Below, piece after piece: positions 8,801 to 16,130 of a DNA stretch of 26,036 nucleotides; the first letter of the stretch is position 1, and every line of letters starts with the position of its first letter. Location: contig BTVV01000085.1 in NCBI GenBank assembly GCA_045863855.1, positions 1-26,036 on the forward strand, written 5' to 3'. Under the pieces are notes generated by a model. It saw only the letters and a program-made list of their open reading frames with translations, was not told where the DNA came from and ran no database searches. The DNA is from Planctomycetota bacterium. GTDB taxonomy: Bacteria > Planctomycetota > SZUA-567 > H5-PLA8. A program made the position numbers and the translations under genes.

Positions 8801-9592
8801 CTGGAGCGCTTGGGGCCGGTCAACATGTACGCGCTGGAAGAACTCCAACAGCTCGAAGAGCGCAACACCTTCCTCAAGACCCAGCACGACGATCTGAGCA
8901 GCGCGCGCAGCAGCCTGCGCGACGTGATTGCCCGCATCAACCGCAAGAGCCGCGCGAAGTTCGAAGAAACCTTCGAAGCCGTGAAAACCAACTTCCAGGA
9001 AATCTTCCGCAAACTCTTCGGCGGCGGCAAGGCCGACCTGATCCTGGAGCAGGGCGAAGACATCCTGGAAGCGGGCATCGAGATCGTCGCGCGCCCGCCG
9101 GGCAAGGAACCGCGCAGCATCCGCCAGCTCAGCGGCGGTGAAAAGGCGATGACCACCATCGCGCTGCTCTTCGCGGTCTTCCGCAGCCGCCCCGCGCCCT
9201 TCTGTATCCTCGACGAAGTCGATGCGCCGCTGGACGAAGCCAACGTCGACCGCTTCAACAGCCTCGTGCGCGAGTTCCTCGACCGCTCGCAGTTCGTCGT
9301 CATCACGCACAACAAGAAGACGATGGGCTACGCCGAGATGCTCTACGGCGTGACCATGCCCGAACCCGGCGTCTCCAAGCGCATCGCGATCAAGTACGAG
9401 GAGATCGAGCGCCACTTGCCGATGGACGAGATCGACCGGCAAGCAGCCGCGGCGCGCAAAGAAGCGCAGGCCGAGATCGATCGCGCGGGCGCCAGCGACA
9501 CCGCGTCCGCGGCCGTACCCGCCGAGAACTCCGGCGTCGAAGCCGGCTCCCCAGCCGGGGGTGGCGGCGGTGGAGGTGGCGGAGGCGGCTGA
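5816..9592 (+). CDS. smc: Chromosome segregation protein SMC
   Basis: MHLKRLEAFGFKSF start, Walker A GPNGCGKSN, Q-loop IEQG, two coiled-coil arms, hinge TLEGDLFEPSGAFSGG (GX6GX3GG), signature LSGGEK, Walker B LDEVDAPLDEAN, VITH. ATG 5816 preferred over GTG 5804. Confidence 0.97.
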   Translation: MHLKRLEAFGFKSFADKIVFDFQPGFTGIVGPNGCGKSNVVDSIKWVLGEQSAKSLRGGEMLDVIFNGSAHRKPLNFCEVTLTFDNATGKLPLSAPEVAVTRRLYRSGESEYLINKALCRLRDVRELFWDTGIGTSSYSIIEQGRVAMLLEANSKERRFLFEEAAGIHKYKERKKVALRKLERVEQNLARLTDILNEVDRNLKSVTRQAQKARRAKELGDALRKIKLELLLHESHVAQTALREQDGALSGAQDYVVSLSTELAQAQASTAEEQETMSRLDEELGVAQRQYSDAKASLAALEEALKSERRAAEEMRVEAERARQAAREAGGRAAALASEREKCEFDLANARQSLEEKQALSLTLSNDLEDARTAHETVSKQLDDARKASLDALGRRTQLQQTLSQAEADIGGIDYRIRKARAEVTKAEDLIRFAQREAEDVRSRGEQIRKRRETLETEQSGIRALQLRTEDEIDRLTELAQEERNRLEKCRSRVAVLEDLNESGEGLTPGARAVRTTLRESGVDGGDLHGLAAECLRVYEHLETAMEAALGPNIEALVVGGAATAERLLERLRADGLGRAVFLALDRLNAGRFDPLYLTGLDETAVAAEGCLGRAADLVAAESDENYRPVAEALLGDVLVFDSLDRAREAHESDPPGSRWRRVTLEGDLFEPSGAFSGGKHRFDRLGLIGRRNEIQRLGVEMERRRQALEALAEQSAFLEKRAQKLARDDERLSSNLAALAATANELKGLLSAIQREESRSAEEKKVAADEIRELEAERTGHARHIAQLRQDVEVVKGQENEAHARAERLSAAQAERETQVSERRGALEILKREASTLDERAQGLDRHLQSLSAQFAEKRDEADRERCRADSLDARREVTETIVAEKAAEQEQLGAQTTDLELRARQLGEEKENARLRFEDARGRERAVTQQLDEAKSQATDIERRRIELRLRLDQKLEETRREFGLEAEAELAARGGPPEVNEGMREEAADLAAKLERLGPVNMYALEELQQLEERNTFLKTQHDDLSSARSSLRDVIARINRKSRAKFEETFEAVKTNFQEIFRKLFGGGKADLILEQGEDILEAGIEIVARPPGKEPRSIRQLSGGEKAMTTIALLFAVFRSRPAPFCILDEVDAPLDEANVDRFNSLVREFLDRSQFVVITHNKKTMGYAEMLYGVTMPEPGVSKRIAIKYEEIERHLPMDEIDRQAAAARKEAQAEIDRAGASDTASAAVPAENSGVEAGSPAGGGGGGGGGGG

Positions 9593-9747
9593 TCCTCGCC
9601 CCTGCGTCCTTTCTTCCGCGGCTTCGTCCTACTTCTCGCTCAACCAGGTGTGAAGGGGTAGCGCCGCGCGCGCGTCTCTCGGGTAGACGCGCCGGGAAGG
9701 TCCCGGTAGCCTCGTTCGTAAGTTCTTAGCCACATGAGGGTTCCATT

Positions 9748-10905
9748 ATGACACAGCGCACGCTACCGTTGCTGGCCGCCGTACTGCTGGCCCTGCCTGC
9801 CGGTCTGGCCCATACCCAGGACACAACCACCACTCCACCCAAACCCAAGAGCGCCGAAGACCGGCTCCAGGATATGGAGACGCGCTTGCAAGCGCTGGAG
9901 CGCGCGATGGTCGAGAAGGATGCGCGCATCGCCGACCTGCAACGCCAGCTGCAGCAAACGCAAAGCGGAAAGCCGCAGACGCCTGGATTCACCTTCCAGC
10001 TCAATCCGCAGGAGATGGAACAGTTCCAGGAACGTATGAACGATTACTTGCGCCGCAATCTGGACGGGCTTTTCCTGCCGCGCCCGGGGCAGGATTTCGG
10101 CGATGAAGAACCCTTCGACCTGCGCCGCGGTTTCGACCGCGATCTGGGGCCGCGCAACCGCCCGCGCGCGCAAAAGCCGCGCTTGGGCGTTAGCGTCGAT
10201 AACGCCTCGGACGAATTGCGCGCGCGCTTCCAGAACGAGGCCGAATCGGGCGCCTTCGTGCTCGAAGTCGTCCCGCAATCGGCGGCCGAGAAGGCCGGCC
10301 TCGCCTTGGGCGACTGCATCGTGGAATTCGACAAGCAGCCCGTCCGTACCGCGCTGGACCTGATCACGATGCTTCGCGACGCGCCCGTGGGCGTGCACGA
10401 CCTTAAGGTTATGCGCCGCGGCGAGAAGGTCGACCTTACCGTTACGCTTGCCGCGCCACAGCCGAACGAGCCCGAACGGCCCGCCGTGCGCCGCCGGGGT
10501 GACTGGCTGGAACTGGAGCGCGAACCCAGCCGCGGAGTGCATGAAAGCGTGGAGATTAAGACCAGCCACCTCGAATTGCCGGCATCGCTGGAGCAGGAGC
10601 TGAAACTCAGCGCCGCGCAAAAGGATAAAATGGCGGCGGTGCTGGCCAAGCATCTGGCCGCGTTGAACCAGGAATACGCCACGCGCGGCGACCGGCCCAT
10701 GGGATTCAATCCCGACGGCGAGGTCCGCGAGCTTTTGCGCAAGCACCTCAAAGCCGCCGAAGCCGAACTGGCCGCGACCCTGGACGAACAGCAGATGGCC
10801 GCATGGCGGCGCTGGCGCGAAGCGAATCAGGATCTCTCCATCAGCCGCAAGCTGAGCGTCGAAAGCCAAGGGCCCGTCACGCCGCACGACGACCAGGGCT
10901 TCTGA
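9748..10905 (+). CDS. Secreted PDZ-domain protein with N-terminal coiled coil and C-terminal helical domain
   Basis: Signal peptide MTQRTLPLLAAVLLALPAGLAHT, coiled coil, PDZ RLGVSV...GAFVLEVVPQSAAEKAGLALGDCIVEFD...V. No trypsin domain. Confidence 0.85.
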   Translation: MTQRTLPLLAAVLLALPAGLAHTQDTTTTPPKPKSAEDRLQDMETRLQALERAMVEKDARIADLQRQLQQTQSGKPQTPGFTFQLNPQEMEQFQERMNDYLRRNLDGLFLPRPGQDFGDEEPFDLRRGFDRDLGPRNRPRAQKPRLGVSVDNASDELRARFQNEAESGAFVLEVVPQSAAEKAGLALGDCIVEFDKQPVRTALDLITMLRDAPVGVHDLKVMRRGEKVDLTVTLAAPQPNEPERPAVRRRGDWLELEREPSRGVHESVEIKTSHLELPASLEQELKLSAAQKDKMAAVLAKHLAALNQEYATRGDRPMGFNPDGEVRELLRKHLKAAEAELAATLDEQQMAAWRRWREANQDLSISRKLSVESQGPVTPHDDQGF

Positions 10906-10918
10906 CGATCCCGCGACC

Positions 10919-10935
10919 GGGGGCTGCGGCCCCCG
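10919..10935 (+). terminator. GC hairpin after the PDZ gene (possible weak terminator)
   Basis: GGGGGC-TGCG-GCCCCC about 14 bp after the stop codon. No good U-tract. Confidence 0.35.
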
Positions 10936-10947
10936 CATCGCCCATTC

Positions 10948-10976
10948 TTGACGCGGTCGCCGCCGAGCCCTAGGCT
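10948..10976 (+). promoter_or_regulatory. Sigma70-type promoter for the tandem-Fur gene
   Basis: TTGACG (10948-10953)-N17-TAGGCT (10971-10976). Confidence 0.6.
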
Positions 10977-11023
10977 GAAGCCCGTATGAACGGTCTTGCG
11001 GCCCCTCTTACGGCGGACGTACG

Positions 11024-12124
11024 ATGAGCGCACCGCCACCGACCTCCAGCCCCGCCGCCCGGCAAGCTTTCGCCGGGCCGGTGAAGCCCCATACGCCCGA
11101 AGCCGATGTGCTCCATTTCGTCGCGCCCGGCCAGACCGAATCGCCCGAACAGATCCTGCGCCGGCAGCTTTCGCGACGCGGCTTGAAGTACACCACCGAG
11201 CGCCGCGAGATTCTCAAGGCGGTGCTGAGCACCCACGAGCATTTCGACGCCGATACGCTCTACAAGCGCGTGCGCAAAACCGACGCGCGCGTCAGCAAAG
11301 CCACCGTCTACCGCACATTGGGGCTGCTTTGCGACTGCCACCTGATGCGCGAAGTCTTTCAGGATGCCAAAGGCGCGCATTACGAGCACACATACGGGCA
11401 CGAACACCACGAACACATGATCTGCCAGCAGTGTGGGCAGGTGATCGAATTCGTCAGCCGCGAGTTGGAAAAACTTCAGGACGAGGCCTGCCGTGCGCAC
11501 GGCTTCCATGCGGTCCGTCACCATCTGCAGGTGTTCGGATTCTGCGCCTCATGCCACCCGTGCGGCGCTCAGTTTCCGCCCCATTCGGCACACAAGAAGC
11601 CGAACCCGGTGGCGGCCGTCGCCGTGCGCGGAGGAGACGAACTGCAGCAGGTCGCCCCCGGCGAAACGCTTTCACCAGAAGGTATATTGCGCCGGCGATT
11701 GGCCCGCAGGGGACTCAAGTTCACCAACGAACGCCGCGACATTCTGCGCACGGTCATGTCCACGCACCAGCACTTCGATGCGGAATGGCTCTGCTCGAAA
11801 TTGAAGGAAACCACCGCTCACGCCAGCAAGGCGACCGTGTACCGGACGCTCGCGTTGCTCTGCGAATGCCATTTGATCCGCGAAGTTTTCCACGGGCAGA
11901 CCGGCGCGCGCTACGAGCACACGTACGGGCACGAACATCACGAGCACATGATCTGCCTGACCTGCGATACGGTGATCGAGTTTATCTCGCGGCGGCTCGA
12001 GGAATTGCAGGAGCAGGCTTGCCGCGCTCACGGCTTCCACGCGGTGCGCCACCATTTACAGGTCTTCGGCTACTGCGCCACCTGCCATCCCTGCAAAGCC
12101 TTCTTCCCGCCCTCAAAGGCTTAG
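11024..12124 (+). CDS. Fur-family metalloregulator with two tandem full Fur domains
   Basis: Each half has GLK.T.ERR.IL, HFDA, SKATVYRTL, HHEHMICxxC...EF and HHLQVFGxCxxC. One uninterrupted frame. Exact start uncertain (ATG 11024, GTG 11081 or GTG 11108). Confidence 0.92.
   Translation: MSAPPPTSSPAARQAFAGPVKPHTPEADVLHFVAPGQTESPEQILRRQLSRRGLKYTTERREILKAVLSTHEHFDADTLYKRVRKTDARVSKATVYRTLGLLCDCHLMREVFQDAKGAHYEHTYGHEHHEHMICQQCGQVIEFVSRELEKLQDEACRAHGFHAVRHHLQVFGFCASCHPCGAQFPPHSAHKKPNPVAAVAVRGGDELQQVAPGETLSPEGILRRRLARRGLKFTNERRDILRTVMSTHQHFDAEWLCSKLKETTAHASKATVYRTLALLCECHLIREVFHGQTGARYEHTYGHEHHEHMICLTCDTVIEFISRRLEELQEQACRAHGFHAVRHHLQVFGYCATCHPCKAFFPPSKA
11120..12112 (+). repeat. Intragenic duplication: 462-nt units at 11120-11581 and 11651-12112
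   Basis: Two gap-free colinear 154-aa units with 110/154 identical residues by manual alignment, joined by a 23-aa linker. Confidence 0.92.
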
Positions 12125-12131
12125 CCGGCGG

Positions 12132-13625
12132 TCAGCCGATCCATATACCACCCAACAACCCGACGGCCGCGCCGGAGAGCGTGCAGACGAAGTTCACTCC
12201 GCCCTTCCCGAAGCCGGCCACCTTCTCCTCCACCGTCGCGCCCAACAGGCTGTCCACCGTCGTTCCCACGAGGCCCGCAAAGAGCGTCACCAGTCCGTAC
12301 AACACGCCCCGTCCGGGGCTCACATCCAGACGCCAACCTTGGTGCCCCTGCTCCACCACGAACCAGAATCCGCTCGCCCATGCCGCCAGGGCGAAAAGGA
12401 CGCACGCCAGTGCCGCCGCACCGTAGCCCAGCAGCGAAACCGCGCCGTTGGTCCCGTGCGGAACCTCTTTTCGAGTCGTGATCAACTTCGGCTGTCCCGG
12501 TCCCAGCGCCCCGATCTCGCTGCTGATGGTATCGGCTAAGGCCGCCGCGAGCGCGCCCGCGAAGGCCAGCAGCGCCGCGGGATGCCCGTGCGTAGCCGGA
12601 TAGGCCAGCGCCGCCATCGCCGGCATCGACAGATTGGCGAGCACGTTCGATATCCCACGCTTGCCGCCGCGCGCTTCGGCCGCGCCCCGCGCTTCCTTCG
12701 TTGCCCGCCCCACGCGGCTGAGAAGCGAGCCTCCCACGACAAAGAGGATCAACAATGCGTAGCCCTGCGGCAGCGCGAAAAAGTATACGATCGCGCCGAT
12801 CGCGCCCCCCGCCAAAGCGCCGGGCAGATCGCAAAAGCGCAGCGCCAGCACGACCAGCACCAGACCCGCGTTCACCGCCAGCGCGTGCAGGAACCACTCG
12901 GGCTGCAAGTGCCGTCCCGCCGGCATTCCGGACGTCCCGAAGCTCAAGAATACGGCCGCGAGCCAGACCGCCAGACCGGTCCCCAGAACCACGCGCAGAT
13001 TGTCGTCGAACGGTCCGTGCAGGCTTTCAAGCAGCGCACCGCTCACCGCGGCAATCACCGCCAGCGTCCAAATGTAAGGAAGCTCCGGAGCGCCACTGGC
13101 TTTCAGAAAGAGCGGACAAGGCGTCCACCACAGCAGAAGCGCGCAGCACGGCAGTGCGGCGAGCACAAACGCCAGGAGCCCCGCCCAGGTTTTCTTTTCG
13201 TGCCACGGCAGCGCGGGCTGCGGCACACGCCGCCCGATCGTCACCGCCGCCGCATCGCCGGCCGCCAGCGCCGCCCACGCCGCGCCCACCGCGTACGCCG
13301 GAAAAACCACGAAACCAAGCCCCAGCGCCAACGGATAAAGCCATATTCCGTTCACGAACGGCTCGCCTTCGCGCCGGATCGATTTGTTCCAAAGGCCCAC
13401 CGCGAGCGGCGAAAGCAGGAACATGTTGAAGAACGTCATGCCCAGGCAGACGCCCGCCGCCCACGCTTTGCCGATCGGATACGCCGGATCGGCCGCGATC
13501 CAGGTCAGCGGAAAAGCGCCGAGGATCGCTACGAAGTGGATGATGGAGCGCAAACCCGGATCGTGCGCGGGCGCGGGGCGCATGGCCGGCGCGGCGGATT
13601 CGGGTTTCGGGGCTTCGGCGCTCAT
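12132..13625 (-). CDS. Membrane protein: phytol/dolichol-kinase-like domain fused to DUF92
   Basis: N-half: GDAAAVTIGRR...PWHEKKTWAG...DDNL (CTP-dependent polyprenol kinase-like). C-half: RGISNVLAN...ADTISSEIG...LITT...GTNGAVSLLG...DSLLGATVE (DUF92). Many TM helices. Confidence 0.85.
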   Translation of the reverse strand: MSAEAPKPESAAPAMRPAPAHDPGLRSIIHFVAILGAFPLTWIAADPAYPIGKAWAAGVCLGMTFFNMFLLSPLAVGLWNKSIRREGEPFVNGIWLYPLALGLGFVVFPAYAVGAAWAALAAGDAAAVTIGRRVPQPALPWHEKKTWAGLLAFVLAALPCCALLLWWTPCPLFLKASGAPELPYIWTLAVIAAVSGALLESLHGPFDDNLRVVLGTGLAVWLAAVFLSFGTSGMPAGRHLQPEWFLHALAVNAGLVLVVLALRFCDLPGALAGGAIGAIVYFFALPQGYALLILFVVGGSLLSRVGRATKEARGAAEARGGKRGISNVLANLSMPAMAALAYPATHGHPAALLAFAGALAAALADTISSEIGALGPGQPKLITTRKEVPHGTNGAVSLLGYGAAALACVLFALAAWASGFWFVVEQGHQGWRLDVSPGRGVLYGLVTLFAGLVGTTVDSLLGATVEEKVAGFGKGGVNFVCTLSGAAVGLLGGIWIG

Positions 13626-13678
13626 AGCCGCTTCAGCCTATGCGCGGGCATGCGGAGGGCAACGAAAGGCCGCCGGAT

Positions 13679-14635
13679 TCAGGTTGCGGCGTCCGCTTTT
13701 TCGATCAAGACGCGGCGGGTGAAATCTTCGCAGGTACGCCGCAGACCCTCCGGCCGCTGGACCTTGGGTTCCCAACCCAACAGCGTCCGAGCGCGCGTAA
13801 TGTCCGGCCGCCGGCGCACCGGATCGTCTGTCGGGAGCGGATGCTGCACGATCTGGCTCTTGGAACCGACGATCGCGATGATCTCGCGCGCGAACTCCAG
13901 GATCGTCACCTCTTCCGGATTCCCGATGTTGACGGGCTCGTCGAGCTTGGACTCCATCAGCCGGATCAGCCCGTCGATCAAGTCGTCCACGTAGCAGAAA
14001 CTGCGCGTCTGGCTCCCGTCGCCGTAGATGGTAATCGGCTCGTTGCGCAACGCCGCGCGCATGAAGTTCGGCAGCACGCGCCCGTCGTCCAGCCGCATCC
14101 GCGGGCCGTACGTGTTGAAGATGCGTACGATCCGCGTATCGACATGGTTCTGATGGTGGTAGCTCATCGTCAGCGCCTCGGCGAAGCGCTTGGCTTCGTC
14201 GTACATGCTCCGCGCGCCGATCGGATTCACGTGCCCCCAATACCCTTCCGCCTGCGGGTGCACTTCCGGGTCGCCGTAGACTTCGCTGGTGCTTGCCAGC
14301 AGCATCCGCGCGCCCTTGGCCTTCGAAAGCCCCAGCGCATTCAGCGTACCCAGCGCCCCGACTTTGCAGATATGAACCGGAAAGCGCGGAAAGTCCTTGG
14401 GGCTTGCCGGCGACGCCATGTGGTACACGCGGTCCACCACGCCGTTCACACCGATGTACTTCGTCACGTCCGCGCGGACGAAGTGAAAGCGCGGCTCGTC
14501 GCTCAGGTGCTTCAAATTCTCGGGATTGCCCGTGATCAGGCTGTCGACACCCACCACCTCGTGACCTTCCGACAGCAGGCGGTCGGTCAGGTGCGAGCCC
14601 AGAAAACCGGCGGCGCCGGTGACGACGATGCGCAT
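13679..14635 (-). CDS. uxs: UDP-glucuronate decarboxylase (UDP-xylose synthase) family SDR
   Basis: [83 protein letters not shown]. Confidence 0.92.
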   Translation of the reverse strand: MRIVVTGAAGFLGSHLTDRLLSEGHEVVGVDSLITGNPENLKHLSDEPRFHFVRADVTKYIGVNGVVDRVYHMASPASPKDFPRFPVHICKVGALGTLNALGLSKAKGARMLLASTSEVYGDPEVHPQAEGYWGHVNPIGARSMYDEAKRFAEALTMSYHHQNHVDTRIVRIFNTYGPRMRLDDGRVLPNFMRAALRNEPITIYGDGSQTRSFCYVDDLIDGLIRLMESKLDEPVNIGNPEEVTILEFAREIIAIVGSKSQIVQHPLPTDDPVRRRPDITRARTLLGWEPKVQRPEGLRRTCEDFTRRVLIEKADAAT

Positions 14636-14662
14636 GACGTTCAGTGCCTCGAATGGCCTAAC

Positions 14663-14950
14663 TTATACCACCTCGACCACCACTTCGCCGTCACCGATCA
14701 CTTTCGCGCAACAGGCCATGCGCATGGGCTGGCCTTTGACCTGCAGTAATTCCAGCGTTCCGGCCTCCAGGTCGCCGATCGCGTTCAGGTGCTCCCAGCC
14801 GGAAACGATCCGGATCAGGTCCTGCCCGCAAAGACCCCGGCGGCAGGAAAAGTGCATCCGCGCGCGGACTTCCAGCAGCACCGTCAATATCGTCTTCGTC
14901 GCCGGAACTTCGCCGGCGAACAGTTCGGGACGGACGATCAGGCGGCCCAT
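14663..14950 (-). CDS. 2Fe-2S ferredoxin-like protein with atypical ligand set
   Basis: TILTVL...FSCRRGLCGQD...E...RMACC is the Fer2 pattern with the third Cys replaced by Asp. SD GGGGAG. In operon with its neighbours. Confidence 0.8.
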   Translation of the reverse strand: MGRLIVRPELFAGEVPATKTILTVLLEVRARMHFSCRRGLCGQDLIRIVSGWEHLNAIGDLEAGTLELLQVKGQPMRMACCAKVIGDGEVVVEVV

Positions 14951-14959
14951 GCGCGGTCG

Positions 14960-15946
14960 CTATCTCCCCGCTTCCTCGTACAACAGCACGTCGTCGAGGT
15001 ACGCGCCGACCACCGATTGGTCTTTCGCCTCCCCGGCCAGCACCAGCAACTGCGCGCCAATGCTCTCCTCCACGGTCTCCGCTTTGAAAGCGGAAAGCGG
15101 CTCGTCGAACCAGCGCCAGCGGTTCGCACGCGCGTCGGCCGCTTCGAACGTATAGCGCCGCGAACCGTCCGGGTGATCGAGGCTCAGCGCGATAGCAAGC
15201 ACCGGCTTGCGCATATTCAGGCGGTAGCGGAACCGCAAACGCAAGCGTGCGCCGGGAATGCGGCCCAGATTCGGATCCACCCCCGCGCCCAGCGCATGCC
15301 GTTCGTGCCCTTCCAGCTTGCCCAGCGCCAAGTACCCGCCCCCGGCCCCGCGCGCCGAATCCGGCATCGCGAAGGGCGGTCCGGCCGAATCGAAGTCGTG
15401 CGTCCCGAAGCCGCCCAGATCCTGACGGTCGAACGAAGACTCGAAGAAGCGCCGGCCGATGGAGGGAAAGGGCCGCGCGTCGGGAAGCGCAGGCGGACTC
15501 GGCATCAGCGGCGGCAAATCCGGAGTGCTCGGGGCCGGTTGCGCAAGGACCGGCGGTTCGGGCTGCGCCAGCGCCCAAAGCGCCGCCAGCGCCAGACCGC
15601 CGAAAAATCCGCTCGCCGCCCAGATCCAAGCGGGAAGGCGCTCGTTCGTACCTTCACCGGCTACGCCGCGCCCGTGGCCCGATGCCGTAGCCGGATGCTT
15701 CGATCCGCTTCCCACTGAGGCGTGCCGCGATCCCGAACCCGTACCGGGCGGAGCCGCCAAAATGCGCGAGGACGGCGGCCGCTTGCGCGCTGGCAGCACC
15801 TGCGGAGCGTTCGCGTCGGAGCGCGGAGCCGAAGGCAGGCACGCGCGGTGATAGGGCTTCCCGTCCGGCTCGCGCACGGCTTCCCCGGTCGGGAACATGT
15901 CCTCCGTAAGGCGCATGCCGCACCGGCTGCAGAAGACGATCTTCAT
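14960..15946 (-). CDS. Hypothetical bitopic membrane protein: N-terminal Zn-finger-like module, TM helix, C-terminal beta-rich domain
   Basis: ATG 15946 with SD GGAGAGAGG. MKIVFCSRC...YHRAC (CxxC...HxxC), low-complexity linker, TM WIWAASGFFGGLALAALWAL, Pro-rich stalk, C-terminal domain ending YLDDVLLYE. Confidence 0.8.
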   Translation of the reverse strand: MKIVFCSRCGMRLTEDMFPTGEAVREPDGKPYHRACLPSAPRSDANAPQVLPARKRPPSSRILAAPPGTGSGSRHASVGSGSKHPATASGHGRGVAGEGTNERLPAWIWAASGFFGGLALAALWALAQPEPPVLAQPAPSTPDLPPLMPSPPALPDARPFPSIGRRFFESSFDRQDLGGFGTHDFDSAGPPFAMPDSARGAGGGYLALGKLEGHERHALGAGVDPNLGRIPGARLRLRFRYRLNMRKPVLAIALSLDHPDGSRRYTFEAADARANRWRWFDEPLSAFKAETVEESIGAQLLVLAGEAKDQSVVGAYLDDVLLYEEAGR

Positions 15947-15968
15947 GCGGCCCTCTCTCCCCAGCCGC

Positions 15969-15997
15969 ATTATCGTCCCGTGCGCGCCATTCTGCAA
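15969..15997 (-). promoter_or_regulatory. Sigma70-type promoter for the four-gene minus-strand operon
   Basis: TTGCAG (15997-15992)-N17-GATAAT (15974-15969), 22 bp upstream of ATG 15946. Confidence 0.5.
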
Positions 15998-16130
15998 AGC
16001 AGACCGCTCATTCCGCTTCTTCCGCCCTGTCACTGGCCGTGGGGGATTGGGAGGGTATCTTCGTCTGGCGCGAGTCCACCGGGTGAGCCTCGCAGCGGCG
16101 GCCCACCAACCTATATGGGAGAGCGGCGCA

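Noticed and set aside
5816..9592. SMC as a defence ATPase (Wadjet JetC, Lamassu) or SbcC/RecN
   Set aside because: It has a canonical SMC hinge, head motifs and length, and no jetABD, nuclease or effector neighbours. This is housekeeping condensin. The absence of adjacent scpAB is common.
9670..9706. Two adjacent hairpins (GCGCGTCT/AGACGCGC and CCGGGA/TCCCGG) as an ncRNA or tRNA fragment
   Set aside because: No tRNA arms or recognisable RNA-family motif and no U-tract. Short GC stems are expected by chance.
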